Shown: in pieces, positions 46,004 to 57,217 of the stretch
Layout of the letters: each line of letters opens with the position of its first letter
Numbering within the stretch: the stretch's first letter is position 1
Assembly: GCA_963662275.1 (NCBI GenBank)
Contig: OY759316.1
Span: 2,112,001 to 2,176,000, forward strand
Direction of reading: 5' to 3'
DNA: 64,000 bases
Source of the DNA: Candidatus Cloacimonadales bacterium
GTDB lineage: Bacteria; Cloacimonadota; Cloacimonadia; Cloacimonadales; DAONDQ01
Made by a program: the position numbers and the translations under genes
The notes under the pieces: generated by a model
What the model saw: only the letters and a program-made list of their open reading frames with translations
Told to the model about the DNA's origin: nothing
Databases searched by the model: none

Positions 46004-49000
46004 ATGAAAAAAATCTGCTTAGCGTTTTTTACGCTATCCTTGTTTTCGTTAATTTTAGCTGTTACTACAACTCCAGCTCAAGTTACTGTCCATTCGTTTA
46101 AAGTTCTCAGTCAACATTCTGATTACGTAGATGTTGAGTTTACTCTTCCTCAATATAAAGTAGAGAATGAAGTAATTGAAAATATCACTTATCAACATTA
46201 TTCTATTGAATCCGGTACAACTTCTATTGAACCTGGGATGCCGGAATTTCCAATTTTCTCTACGATGATTGCTGTACCATACAAAGGAAATGTTAGATTA
46301 GAAGTGCTTTCCCAAAAAAGCACATTCATTTCCAACCAGGTACCTTATCCTTGTCAGTATCAATTAGAGACTCAGCAATCACCCAAAACGTTTCTGAAAG
46401 ATACTGAATATTATCAAACCGGTTCTCAGTATCCTACAAAAACTATCAATATAAGTAATCCACAGGTAATTAGAGATTTTCGAGTTGTCTCCTTAATGGT
46501 CAGTCCGTTTTCCTATAATGCCAAGAACCGTGACGTCCAGGTTCAGGAAACAATGACAATGCGAATTCATTTTTTACCCGGTCAAGGTGAAAATGAAATG
46601 ACACCTCCAATCCAATATTCAAGAAGTTTTGAAAATATATATCAATCGATGATCCTGAATTATGAAAATATGAGAGATACAACAACTCCCCTGCAACCTC
46701 GGACTGTTTTAATCATTTATCCAAATTCAAATGATACAAATTACATGACGGCATTGAACAACTTCGCTGCCTGGAAAGCTCAAAAAGGCTTTGAGATACA
46801 TCTTGCCAGTACAACTCAAACAGGAACGACGAATACTTCCATAAAAACATATATCCAAAATGCATATAATACTTGGGAAAATAAACCTGATTTTATCATA
46901 CTTATTGGTGATGTTAGCGGTACCTATTCTATTGCTACCTGGAATGAGAGTTTTTCCGGTAACAATGCCGAAGGAGACTATCCTTATACGCATCTTTCAG
47001 GCGGAACAGGAGATTATCTAGGTGACGCATTCATTGGTAGAATTTCGATTTCTAATATAGGTGATTTCCAGACAATCTTAGCAAAAATATATGCCTATGA
47101 GAAGACACCCACTTTAACGAATACTGCCTGGTATAATCATTTGCTGCTCGTGGGTGATACTACCCATTCCGGAATATCTACAATTTATACAAATAAATAT
47201 ATCAAGGAAATTTCTTTCGCTCATAATCCTAGTTATACATATTCGGAATTGTACGAAGGGAATTTTTCTTCGTTAATGACAAGTGCACTTAACCAAGGTT
47301 CAGCTCTCTTCAATTACCGTGGATATATCAATATGAGTACTTGGGATCCGAGTACGGCTAATTTAGTCAATGGCAATAAGCTTACACATGCTATCATAAT
47401 TACTTGTGCAACGGGTAACTTTGGCTCAAGTTATGATACAGCAACAACAGAAGATTTTATCCGCTTAGGTACAGCAAGTTCACTTAAAGGTGCTATTACC
47501 GCAACAGGAATGTGTACTTCCAGTACGCATACAATGCTGAATAATACTCTTGCGGGTGGTATTTTTGATGGTATTTATTCTTATGATATGCATACTATGG
47601 GTGAAGCTATCTTAAATGGTAAATTGTATTTAAGCAAGGTCTTTGGTGTATCGAATACGGTTTTATGTAATACTTTTGCTCATTGGTGTAATCTGATGGG
47701 AGATCCAACGGTTGAAGTTTATACAAAAATTCCTGATACTTTCAATGTCACATATCCAACCTCTATTCCGGTTGGGACCAATTACCTGGATGTTACGGTA
47801 TCAAATATTGATGGTATACCCGTACAGAATGCCTGTGTAACTTTATATCAAACAACGAATCTAGCTCTGGCAGGATATACTGATGCACAAGGTAAATTCT
47901 CATTTCAATTACCTCAAACCCTCACAGGAACTATAATTCTAACAACCAGCAAAGATAATTTTGCACCTGACATACATAATATAGCTTTAAATGCGACTGG
48001 TTCACTTGCTTTTGATAGCGCAGCAATAACCGATAACAATACAGGTTCTTCATCCGGAAATGGAAATGGTATAGCAGAAGCGGGAGAAACTATCGATCTG
48101 CTAGTTCATGTAAAGAACTCAATGGATGATTTAAACGTCACAGTTGCTGGAATATTGACTTCAAATGATCCTTATGTAACTATTAGCTCATCAACATCTC
48201 CTTTTGGGCAAATTCAAGCTGGTTCTTCAAATGTCAACGAGGTTCCATTTACTTTTCACATACTACAGACAATGCCCGATTTACATCAAGCCAGGTTTGA
48301 AATTGCCTTGCTGGATAGTCAGCAACACAATTATACAGTGGTTTTTCCAGTCGTGTTTCGAAATGGAAACTTGCAATCTCAAACTATCACGATAGCCGAT
48401 GAAGCCAATGGAATATTAGATCCAGGCGAAACAGTCAGTCTGCTTCCCATGCTGCATAATTCTGGTTCAGTATCTCTTACGGGAATCAGTGCAGTTCTAC
48501 ATTCATTAAATTCATTGGTGACGGTGAATGATTCTCTTGCATATTACGGTGATATTCCTGCAGGAGATAATGTGACCTGCAACCTCAATTCTTTCAATAT
48601 TTCTGCAAGACTCCAACTTGTCCCAGGAATGATCATACCCTTTGAATTAAGACTATCCAATGCTGAAGGATATACGCAGCGAGCTAATTTCAATGTACCG
48701 ATTGGACATGTAACTCTAAATGATCCACTGGGACCGGATGAGTATGGCTACTTGATCTATGATATGGGCGATACTTCATATCCTGATTGTCCGCAATATA
48801 ACTGGATCGGAATCGCTCCTTCAGAAGGTGGAAGTGGAACATTACTGGCATTAAATGATACAGGACAGGGATCAAGCGGTTCTGAAGGTGATGCAACGGG
48901 AGCAATTACAACGATTGGTGTAAATCTGCCCTTCTCATTCAGTTTTTATGGGCAATTGTATCCAAATATTACAGTTTGTTCCAATGGATTTATTGGTATG

Positions 49001-51484
49001 GGAACTTCTAGTGATGGTGAATTCAGAAATTACCGTTTACCAGGTGCTTTGGGACCAAACCCGATGATAGCAGCTTTTTGGGATGATCTTCAAATACCTT
49101 CTAGTGGTGGCGTTTATACATATTACGATGCATCCCAGCATTACTTCGTGATAGAATGGTACCACGCTGTAAATGGCTGCAATGAGCTTGGAGTAGAAGA
49201 GACGTTCCAGATCATACTTTATGATCAATCATTTTATCCAACATCACTTGGTGACGGACAAATCAAATTACAATACAAAGTAGTGAATAACATAGATGTC
49301 GGCTCATCAGATTATCCTCCAACATTTGGTAACTATGCCACAGTTGGTATCAAGGATTTTACCGGTAAACGCGGTTTGGAGTATACATTCAATAACCAAT
49401 ATCCTACAGCAGCAAAAACACTCAACAATTTAAGTGCGCTTCTCATTACCGGACCTCCAATTTTTCACCAGGAACCTCATTTATTATTAAATGAAATGGT
49501 GATTCATGATGTGGATCACAATCAGGTAGTGGAACCGGGAGAAACGATTGAGCTAGGATTGAGATTAACCAATATGGGTGAAAGTACCGCATCAAATATC
49601 AATGCCACGCTTTCAACAACAGACCCATATGTTACAATGATTAATGCTAATTCAAGTTATGATCCAATTGCAGGTGAAACGATGGGAATCAATAGAACAT
49701 ATTTTGAATTCCAGGTTGCCTCAACCTGTCCTAATGATCATATCATTACTTTTACAGTAGATATCACAGCGAATGGAAACAATTGGCAAAGATATACAAA
49801 TGTGAGAGTATCGAAACCGCAATTGGTTTTTCTTGAAACTTATATTAATGATCTCCTGAACGGCGGTAATGGAAATGGTAAAGCTGATCCAAATGAGAAT
49901 TTGAAACTGATTCTGAATATATCAAACCCAAGTTTGGTTGATGCAAATAATGTGAATGTTAGCTTAACATGTACCAACAGTCAAATCGTTATTGCGGACT
50001 CAACGTTCAATGATTTTACGATACCCGTTCAAAAAACTATTCAGAAAGCATTCGATGTATATCTGCCAGAAAATCTGGTTCCAAATACCTATCTTACTTT
50101 CAATTATGTTATTAATGCGCAAAATGCATTACCTGTGACCGGTAACTTTACAGTAGGAGTTAGTACAACCGGTTTATCCCTGGACTTTGAAGCAAATAAT
50201 GGCGGTTTTATTTCATCCGCTGGTTGGACTTGGGGTATACCAACTCCCCTCAATGCACATTCTGGAACTCATCTTTGGGCAACTGGTTTGAGTGGTAGTA
50301 ATTATCCTGATATGGCACATTATGAATTAACTTCAACACCTATTAATATCGGTGAAAATGCCTCATTAACTTTCTGGCATCATTTTGGATTTGAACTGAA
50401 TTATGATGGTGGCAACGTCAAGGTTTCGACGAATAACGGGCAATCATTCAGCTTGGTAACTCCAACAGGCGGATACACTATCACTTCTGTCAGTGCATTA
50501 AGTGAACCGGGATTTTCAGGTGAATTGAGTACATGGACTCAAGTGACTATCCCCCTTTCTTCATACTCAAACCAACAAATTATTGTCAAATGGACAATGG
50601 GTTCAGACATATCCCTCGAGAGTGTTGGCTGGTTCATTGATGATGTTCAGATCACTGGTTTTATTACAAGCACCAGTATGATTGCAGGTCAGATCGAATT
50701 TCCACCTTCCATTACATCAATAACCGATGCCATAGTAAGTGCCGGAGCTTTTGATGTGCATCCAAATCCAAATGGACAGTATGCAATGTACTTACGTAAT
50801 AATACCTATCCAGTATCCATTTACATGCCTTTCTGTCAGACAATTCCAACACAAAATGTGACGTTGTCCCCAACAAATCAGATGTATGATTTGAATTTCA
50901 ATCTGAATTACCTGGTGGGACCAACAATAACTGGAAATATCGTTAATAATTTGGTTCACTTAAACTGGAATACACCTGAAACAACTAATACAATACAGTA
51001 TTACAGCTTACATCGCCAACGTAATGCAGATATTTTCCATACCTTTGCCGAAACACCAGACAGCACATTTGCAGACTCTTTAACAATGAATGGTCAATAT
51101 TTGTATTATGTAACGGTGCATTATGCTGAAGGAGAAAGTGCTCCGAGTAATCTCATCCAGATCAATGCACAAGATGTCGGAACCAATGATCACATTGTAT
51201 CGGTTCCGGTGACGAAGTTATTCAATAATTATCCCAATCCATTTAACCCTGATACTCATATAGCTTTCTCCTTAAATAACGCAGCTAATGTTTCTCTGAA
51301 GATTTTCAATATTCGAGGACAATTGGTTAAAACTCTTGCGGATGGAAAATACAATACAGGTTATCATGATCTTATTTGGAATGGAAAGAATGATCAAAAC
51401 AAACCTGTTTCTTCTGGAGTATATTTCTACAGAATCGTAACGCCAGGTTATACGGATGTAAAAAAAGCTATTTTACTTAAATAA
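46004..51484 (+). CDS. C25 (gingipain-like) peptidase family protein with propeptide, adhesin/Ig-like domains and T9SS-like CTD, paralog 1
   Basis: Propeptide 'PG.PE.P..S..IAVP', 'WK.QKG', 'PD.IILIGD', 'D.PYT', 'IGRIS', 'NLMGDP'; CTD 'NYPNPFNP...SSGVYFYR'. Confidence 0.85.
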   Translation: MKKICLAFFTLSLFSLILAVTTTPAQVTVHSFKVLSQHSDYVDVEFTLPQYKVENEVIENITYQHYSIESGTTSIEPGMPEFPIFSTMIAVPYKGNVRLEVLSQKSTFISNQVPYPCQYQLETQQSPKTFLKDTEYYQTGSQYPTKTINISNPQVIRDFRVVSLMVSPFSYNAKNRDVQVQETMTMRIHFLPGQGENEMTPPIQYSRSFENIYQSMILNYENMRDTTTPLQPRTVLIIYPNSNDTNYMTALNNFAAWKAQKGFEIHLASTTQTGTTNTSIKTYIQNAYNTWENKPDFIILIGDVSGTYSIATWNESFSGNNAEGDYPYTHLSGGTGDYLGDAFIGRISISNIGDFQTILAKIYAYEKTPTLTNTAWYNHLLLVGDTTHSGISTIYTNKYIKEISFAHNPSYTYSELYEGNFSSLMTSALNQGSALFNYRGYINMSTWDPSTANLVNGNKLTHAIIITCATGNFGSSYDTATTEDFIRLGTASSLKGAITATGMCTSSTHTMLNNTLAGGIFDGIYSYDMHTMGEAILNGKLYLSKVFGVSNTVLCNTFAHWCNLMGDPTVEVYTKIPDTFNVTYPTSIPVGTNYLDVTVSNIDGIPVQNACVTLYQTTNLALAGYTDAQGKFSFQLPQTLTGTIILTTSKDNFAPDIHNIALNATGSLAFDSAAITDNNTGSSSGNGNGIAEAGETIDLLVHVKNSMDDLNVTVAGILTSNDPYVTISSSTSPFGQIQAGSSNVNEVPFTFHILQTMPDLHQARFEIALLDSQQHNYTVVFPVVFRNGNLQSQTITIADEANGILDPGETVSLLPMLHNSGSVSLTGISAVLHSLNSLVTVNDSLAYYGDIPAGDNVTCNLNSFNISARLQLVPGMIIPFELRLSNAEGYTQRANFNVPIGHVTLNDPLGPDEYGYLIYDMGDTSYPDCPQYNWIGIAPSEGGSGTLLALNDTGQGSSGSEGDATGAITTIGVNLPFSFSFYGQLYPNITVCSNGFIGMGTSSDGEFRNYRLPGALGPNPMIAAFWDDLQIPSSGGVYTYYDASQHYFVIEWYHAVNGCNELGVEETFQIILYDQSFYPTSLGDGQIKLQYKVVNNIDVGSSDYPPTFGNYATVGIKDFTGKRGLEYTFNNQYPTAAKTLNNLSALLITGPPIFHQEPHLLLNEMVIHDVDHNQVVEPGETIELGLRLTNMGESTASNINATLSTTDPYVTMINANSSYDPIAGETMGINRTYFEFQVASTCPNDHIITFTVDITANGNNWQRYTNVRVSKPQLVFLETYINDLLNGGNGNGKADPNENLKLILNISNPSLVDANNVNVSLTCTNSQIVIADSTFNDFTIPVQKTIQKAFDVYLPENLVPNTYLTFNYVINAQNALPVTGNFTVGVSTTGLSLDFEANNGGFISSAGWTWGIPTPLNAHSGTHLWATGLSGSNYPDMAHYELTSTPINIGENASLTFWHHFGFELNYDGGNVKVSTNNGQSFSLVTPTGGYTITSVSALSEPGFSGELSTWTQVTIPLSSYSNQQIIVKWTMGSDISLESVGWFIDDVQITGFITSTSMIAGQIEFPPSITSITDAIVSAGAFDVHPNPNGQYAMYLRNNTYPVSIYMPFCQTIPTQNVTLSPTNQMYDLNFNLNYLVGPTITGNIVNNLVHLNWNTPETTNTIQYYSLHRQRNADIFHTFAETPDSTFADSLTMNGQYLYYVTVHYAEGESAPSNLIQINAQDVGTNDHIVSVPVTKLFNNYPNPFNPDTHIAFSLNNAANVSLKIFNIRGQLVKTLADGKYNTGYHDLIWNGKNDQNKPVSSGVYFYRIVTPGYTDVKKAILLK

Positions 51485-51511
51485 CCCCAACCCTCTCGAA
51501 AAACCCCATAT

Positions 51512-51540
51512 AAAATCCCTGCAATTGCAGGGATTTTTTT
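51512..51540 (+). terminator. Intrinsic terminator
   Basis: aaaatccctgca/tgcagggatttt stem with T tract. Confidence 0.85.
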
Positions 51541-51697
51541 ATTCTTCATTTATTCAAGTTTCTAAATCCACAGATGGTATTTCTCTAATAAAAAAGAATC
51601 TATTTTATGATTTCAGCAAATTTATTATTTTTTAGAATACTAATTGCTTAATTAATTCAATAGATAAATCAACATCAAAACGTAAAAGGGGTTTCAG

Positions 51698-54600
51698 ATG
51701 AAAAGAATGAGTTTTATTGTGTTATTACTGATGATCGTAAGTTTACATGCCTTGAATGTACAAAATGTTAATTCACCTTTTCGTATTACTAATCAAACTT
51801 CAGATCATATGGATATCGAGTTTACACTACCAGCGTATAAGATCGTTACTGAAACAAGTTCAAACCAAAGTTTCCAGCGAATTCAGATAGAAAATGCTGA
51901 TTATCTGTCCAAGGAAGGAATGCCTGAATTACCAGTATTTAGCGGTATGCTCGCAATTCCATATCATGGAAGTGCAAAGTTGCAACTCATTTCCTCTCAT
52001 AAAAATACACTCACAGGTATAAATCCTTACCCCGTACAATCAAAAGTTGATGATCAATCCAATGTCCCTGAATTTCAAATTAACAGAAGTTATTACGAAA
52101 ATGGCGGTAAGTATCCTGAACAAATTACCACATCAGATGATCCTGCCATTTTACGTGATTTCAGGGTGATGAATTTTTCGGTTCATCCATTTGAATACAA
52201 TGCTGCAACCAAGCAAATGCTAGCGAATGATAAAATTGTCATTCGTGTCACTTTCAACAATACTCCCGGTATGAATGAAATGGATGCTCCTACAGCCTAT
52301 TCAACGAGTTTTGAGTCTATGTATAAAGCTCTTCTTCTCAATTATGATGATGTCAGAGATGTGAGTCTTTCCTATAAACCAGAACGTATTTTGATAATTT
52401 ATGCAAATTCAAATGATAATATCTTTTTGAATAAACTGACAGAATTTGTAAATTGGAAGCAGCAGAAAGGTTATGTTGTTCAACTTGCAAGTACACTTCA
52501 GACCGGATCTCAAAATACAACAATCAAAACATATATCCAAAATACATATAATAATGCTGAGACAAGACCTGATTATATCATTCTGATTGGTGATGCAAAT
52601 GGTACTTTTACAATTCCAGCTTGGGATTTTTCTTGGGGTTCAAGATATACCGGTGAAGGAGACTATCCATATACACATCTAGCAGGAAATGATTTACTCG
52701 GAGATGTTTTTATCGGGCGCATGTCAATTTCCACAACAACTGACTTCCTGAACCTTGTGGCAAAGGGATTTGCTTATGAAAGAGATATGAATATAGCAAC
52801 ATCAGCAGCATTTCTGAATAGAATGCTGCTTGTCGGTGATACTGGCAACTCTGGAATCTCCACAATTTATACGAACAAGTATATCAAGGATATCACCTTC
52901 GCTTACAATCATGATTATACTTATTCCGAAGTTTATGGTGGCAGTTTTGCAACTTCCATGAATTCAGCTCTTAATATGGGAGTCGGGTTCATGAATTACC
53001 GTGGTTGGCTGGGAATGAGTTCCTGGTCACCTGGAACATCTCTAGTTAATGGTGGTAAAACACCTCATGCTGTCATCATCACATGCGGAACAGGTTCATA
53101 TGCTGGTTCCTACGCGAGTACTACAGAAGCTTTCACCCTATTCGGAACTGTTTCCAGTCCCGGCGGAGCCTTAACGGCAATCGGTATGGCAACTTCCGGC
53201 ACACATACGATGCTCAATAATTGTCTTTCTGGCAGCATCTATGAAGGTTTATTCACCTACAATATGCATACGATGTCCCAAGCTATGCTTTATGGTAAAA
53301 TTTATTTAGATAAAATTTATCGTGCCGAAACCGTAGAATTAACACATGCATTTACCCATATATGTAATCTTATGGGTGATCCTACCGTTGAAGTTTTTAA
53401 AGGAATACCTGGTTTATTACAAATCAATACCCTTTCTTCTATTGCCGTTGGAACAAATCTGCTTGATATTACTGTTAACGGAAATGCTCCTGTACCTGTA
53501 GAAAATGCACATGTAACCGTTACACAAGGTGCAAGTGTGTTGTTTCGTGGTGTTTCAGATGCTTCTGGACACGTTTCAGCGACCTTACCCGCCGATTGGA
53601 CAGGTAATCTCACGGTGACAGCCAGTAAACAAGACTTCCTGCCAAAAATTATTACAGTTAATGCTACTACTTCAGGATCTTTCATTTTTCGGAATATCGT
53701 AATTGATGATGATAACAATGGAAACTCTATCGGAAATGGAGATTCTGTTCCTGAAGGTAATGAAACAGTTGAACTCAATGTTAATGTGAAAAATACTTTT
53801 AGTTCGAATCAAGACAATATGTTTGGCATTTTATCTTGTTCTGATCCCTATATTTCAATCATCCAGGATTCAACTTTCTATGGGATGATCATAAGTGATA
53901 CTGTCGGAACTGGCGCAACTCCATTTGTAGTTCATATCGCAAATAATTGTCCGAATTTTTACCAAGCCCGTATGAAAGCTGTCATCCAGAATAATGCTGG
54001 TGATACATATGATGTATTTTTCTTAATGACAATTCGTAATGCTGATTTAGATTTTGTTTCTATTCAAGTTGAGGATGAATCAAATCAAATCCTTGATCCT
54101 GGAGAAAATGCTCTTTTGAATATTACTCTCAATAATAATGGGCTTATTGCTGCAGATAATATTTACGCATCCTTAAGAAGCTTAAGCTCTTTGGTTGAAG
54201 TTACAGACACACTTGCATATTTTGGAACCGTAGCTGTCAACACAACTGTCAATTGCAGTTCAAATCCTTTTGGTATAACTGGTAAATTACAATTAGTTCC
54301 AGGCATGATGATACCTTTTGAATTAACGCTATACAATGAAAATGGATATCAAGAAATAGAATCCTTCCAATTAACTGTTGGAACAGTTGCATCACATGAT
54401 CCATTAGGACCTGATACTTATGGATATTACATTTATGATGTAACTGATGTTGGATATCCGGATGTTCCAACTTACCAATGGATCGGCATTTCACCTGAAG
54501 AAGGAGGAAGTGGAACTCTTCTGACTTTAAACGATACAGGTGCTTCGGGTGATGAAGGTGATACGACAACAGCAGTCTCACTTGCTTCAGTAACATTACC

Positions 54601-57151
54601 TTTTGCTTTTTCTTTCTATGGACAGCAATATACTCAAATCAGTGTATGTTCCAACGGATTTATTGCCTTTGGTAGTACCCAAAATGGTGATTTCCGTAAC
54701 TGGCATATCCCTGGAGCACTTGGACCAAATCCTATGATAGCAGCATTTTGGGATGACTTATGTTTAATTAGTGGTGGTGGTGTATATACTTATTACAATG
54801 CTGTAGAACACTGTTTCGTCATTGAATGGTATCATACAATGAATGGTTATAACCGTACTTCTGAAGAAACATTCCAAGCGATTCTCTACAACCAGGATTT
54901 TAACCCAACTTCTCTTGGAGATGGACAAATCAAATTACAGTATAAGACATTTAATAATGTTGATGCAGGCTCTTTCGGTGGCTATTCTCCAACACATGGT
55001 AATTATTGCACGATTGGAATTAAGGATCACACAGGAACACGTGGATTGGAATATACTTTCAATAACCAGTATCCGACTGCTGCTTCATCCTTAGGAAACA
55101 ATAAGGCGTTATTTATTACCGGCACACCTATTATCCACCAGGAACCTCATTTATTATTATCGGAAATCGTACTTCATAATACGAACAGCAGTCAGATTCT
55201 GGAACCAAACGAAATTGCCGACCTCAGTTTACGAATCAATAATTTAGGAGAAACAACAGCAACGAATGTAAGTGCGACAATTTCATCTGCTGACCCATAT
55301 GTTGAGATTCTTACCGCTACTGCTAATTATGACCCGATAGAAGGTGAACATACGGCACTAAATAAAACATATTATCGTATCCGGGTTTTACCTTCCTGCC
55401 CAGATGGACATGTAATCATCTTCAACGTCGATATCAATGCCTTAGGATTTAATTGGCAAAGACAGACTTCGATTTCTGTGGTGAAACCAAAACTTACAAT
55501 TATCAGCAATTTCATCAATGATCATGCGGGTAATGGTAATGGAGTTGCTGATCCAGGAGAACATATCAAAATAGCTGTGAATGTTCAGAATCCTGGGTCT
55601 GTTATTGCTCATGATGCAATTGTACATTTAACGACAACAAGTGATGTCATAATTCAAAGTGAAACTACCTATACCTATGGAGATATTCCCGTGAATGGAA
55701 CTCTCCAGAAGAATTTCTCTCTCCAAATCAGTTCAGATGCAACTGTAAACGATTATGTAGCTTTTGATTATTCTATTACTGCTCAAAATATGGATACGGT
55801 TACGGGGCAGATATCCTTGGCAATTGGTTTGTCTGGATTATCGAATAATTTCGAACTTAATAATGGAGATTTTGCTGCTGGTGGTTGGACTTGTGGAACG
55901 TCTACAATAACGTTAGGACATTCCGGTGCAAGGATGTGGGGTACGTCTCTAAATGCAAATTATCCCAATAATGCACATTATGAATTAGTTTCAACTCCTG
56001 TTACGGTTGGAGCAAATGCTTCTTTAGATTTCTGGCAAAGATATGGATTTGAATCAGGTTATGATGGCGGTAATGTCTGGATATCAATCAATAACGGACA
56101 GAATTATACGTTAATTACTCCCATAGGTGGATATCCAAACCAGAGTATTTCCATTTTGGGGAACCGACCTGGATATACTGGAACCTTATCGACATGGACG
56201 CAAGCCCATTTTAATCTGAGTCAGTTTGCTGGTCAATCGATACGCATAAAATGGAATTTTCAATCTGATAATATGCAGCAAAATACCGGATGGTTCGTTG
56301 ATGATGTTGAAATCAGCGGTTTTATGCAGTCTGCTGGGATTTTTGACGGTAACGTGATTCTTCCATCTGATGTTCATAATCCTGACCTGGCTTTAATATC
56401 TGCCGGTAATTATCTCACGCATCCAAATGCTGTTGGACATTTTGAATTATTGCTTCCAAATGGCACCTATCAAGTATCAGCTAAGATGGCATCTTGCCAA
56501 GATTCCTCTCCAGAATCAATTACATTCGCTGAGGATTCCGTTGAACATACAATTGATTTTACATTCAATTATCTAAGACCAATAACCTATATATTCTATT
56601 CGGTGAACTCACAGATAGCTTATTTCTCTTGGGTTCGTCCACCATTTAGTTCTAATCATCTTTTACGTTATGATGTATATCAGCAGATAGAAACTGATAT
56701 CTTCCGCAAAATAACCGAAACAGTAGATACTTCCTTTACGGATTCATTGCATGTGGCGGGAGATTATGCCTATTATGTGAAAGTTGTTTATGCTGAAGGA
56801 GAAAGTAATCCATCTGATACTCTTTCATTCAATGCCTTGATTACAGATAACGATGATTATTCTATCATTCCTTTGACGACGAAGTTGAACAGAAACTATC
56901 CAAATCCATTCAATCCTGATACCAACATCAGCTTCGATTTAGCAGAGAATGGACCCGTGAACTTGACAATATATAACATCAAAGGACAAAGAGTTAGAAC
57001 GCTGGTAAATGAACGTCTTTCTCCCGGTAATTACAACTTCAAGTGGAATGGGAAGAATGAGTATAACAAACCCGTAGCTTCAGGAGTATATTTCTTCAGA
57101 CTAAAGTCACCTCGTTTCACTGGAGTAACAAAAGCCATACTACTGAAATAA
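51698..57151 (+). CDS. C25 (gingipain-like) peptidase family protein, paralog 2
   Basis: Collinear with paralog 1 along its whole length, with the same motifs and CTD. Confidence 0.85.
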   Translation: MKRMSFIVLLLMIVSLHALNVQNVNSPFRITNQTSDHMDIEFTLPAYKIVTETSSNQSFQRIQIENADYLSKEGMPELPVFSGMLAIPYHGSAKLQLISSHKNTLTGINPYPVQSKVDDQSNVPEFQINRSYYENGGKYPEQITTSDDPAILRDFRVMNFSVHPFEYNAATKQMLANDKIVIRVTFNNTPGMNEMDAPTAYSTSFESMYKALLLNYDDVRDVSLSYKPERILIIYANSNDNIFLNKLTEFVNWKQQKGYVVQLASTLQTGSQNTTIKTYIQNTYNNAETRPDYIILIGDANGTFTIPAWDFSWGSRYTGEGDYPYTHLAGNDLLGDVFIGRMSISTTTDFLNLVAKGFAYERDMNIATSAAFLNRMLLVGDTGNSGISTIYTNKYIKDITFAYNHDYTYSEVYGGSFATSMNSALNMGVGFMNYRGWLGMSSWSPGTSLVNGGKTPHAVIITCGTGSYAGSYASTTEAFTLFGTVSSPGGALTAIGMATSGTHTMLNNCLSGSIYEGLFTYNMHTMSQAMLYGKIYLDKIYRAETVELTHAFTHICNLMGDPTVEVFKGIPGLLQINTLSSIAVGTNLLDITVNGNAPVPVENAHVTVTQGASVLFRGVSDASGHVSATLPADWTGNLTVTASKQDFLPKIITVNATTSGSFIFRNIVIDDDNNGNSIGNGDSVPEGNETVELNVNVKNTFSSNQDNMFGILSCSDPYISIIQDSTFYGMIISDTVGTGATPFVVHIANNCPNFYQARMKAVIQNNAGDTYDVFFLMTIRNADLDFVSIQVEDESNQILDPGENALLNITLNNNGLIAADNIYASLRSLSSLVEVTDTLAYFGTVAVNTTVNCSSNPFGITGKLQLVPGMMIPFELTLYNENGYQEIESFQLTVGTVASHDPLGPDTYGYYIYDVTDVGYPDVPTYQWIGISPEEGGSGTLLTLNDTGASGDEGDTTTAVSLASVTLPFAFSFYGQQYTQISVCSNGFIAFGSTQNGDFRNWHIPGALGPNPMIAAFWDDLCLISGGGVYTYYNAVEHCFVIEWYHTMNGYNRTSEETFQAILYNQDFNPTSLGDGQIKLQYKTFNNVDAGSFGGYSPTHGNYCTIGIKDHTGTRGLEYTFNNQYPTAASSLGNNKALFITGTPIIHQEPHLLLSEIVLHNTNSSQILEPNEIADLSLRINNLGETTATNVSATISSADPYVEILTATANYDPIEGEHTALNKTYYRIRVLPSCPDGHVIIFNVDINALGFNWQRQTSISVVKPKLTIISNFINDHAGNGNGVADPGEHIKIAVNVQNPGSVIAHDAIVHLTTTSDVIIQSETTYTYGDIPVNGTLQKNFSLQISSDATVNDYVAFDYSITAQNMDTVTGQISLAIGLSGLSNNFELNNGDFAAGGWTCGTSTITLGHSGARMWGTSLNANYPNNAHYELVSTPVTVGANASLDFWQRYGFESGYDGGNVWISINNGQNYTLITPIGGYPNQSISILGNRPGYTGTLSTWTQAHFNLSQFAGQSIRIKWNFQSDNMQQNTGWFVDDVEISGFMQSAGIFDGNVILPSDVHNPDLALISAGNYLTHPNAVGHFELLLPNGTYQVSAKMASCQDSSPESITFAEDSVEHTIDFTFNYLRPITYIFYSVNSQIAYFSWVRPPFSSNHLLRYDVYQQIETDIFRKITETVDTSFTDSLHVAGDYAYYVKVVYAEGESNPSDTLSFNALITDNDDYSIIPLTTKLNRNYPNPFNPDTNISFDLAENGPVNLTIYNIKGQRVRTLVNERLSPGNYNFKWNGKNEYNKPVASGVYFFRLKSPRFTGVTKAILLK

Positions 57152-57170
57152 CCATCTCCTCATAATAATA

Positions 57171-57200
57171 AAAATCCCTGCTCGAAAGAGCAGGGATTTT
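57171..57200. terminator. Bidirectional intrinsic terminator
   Basis: aaaatccctgctc/gagcagggatttt stem between convergent genes. Confidence 0.85.
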
Positions 57201-57217
57201 CTGTTTAGGGTAGGATT

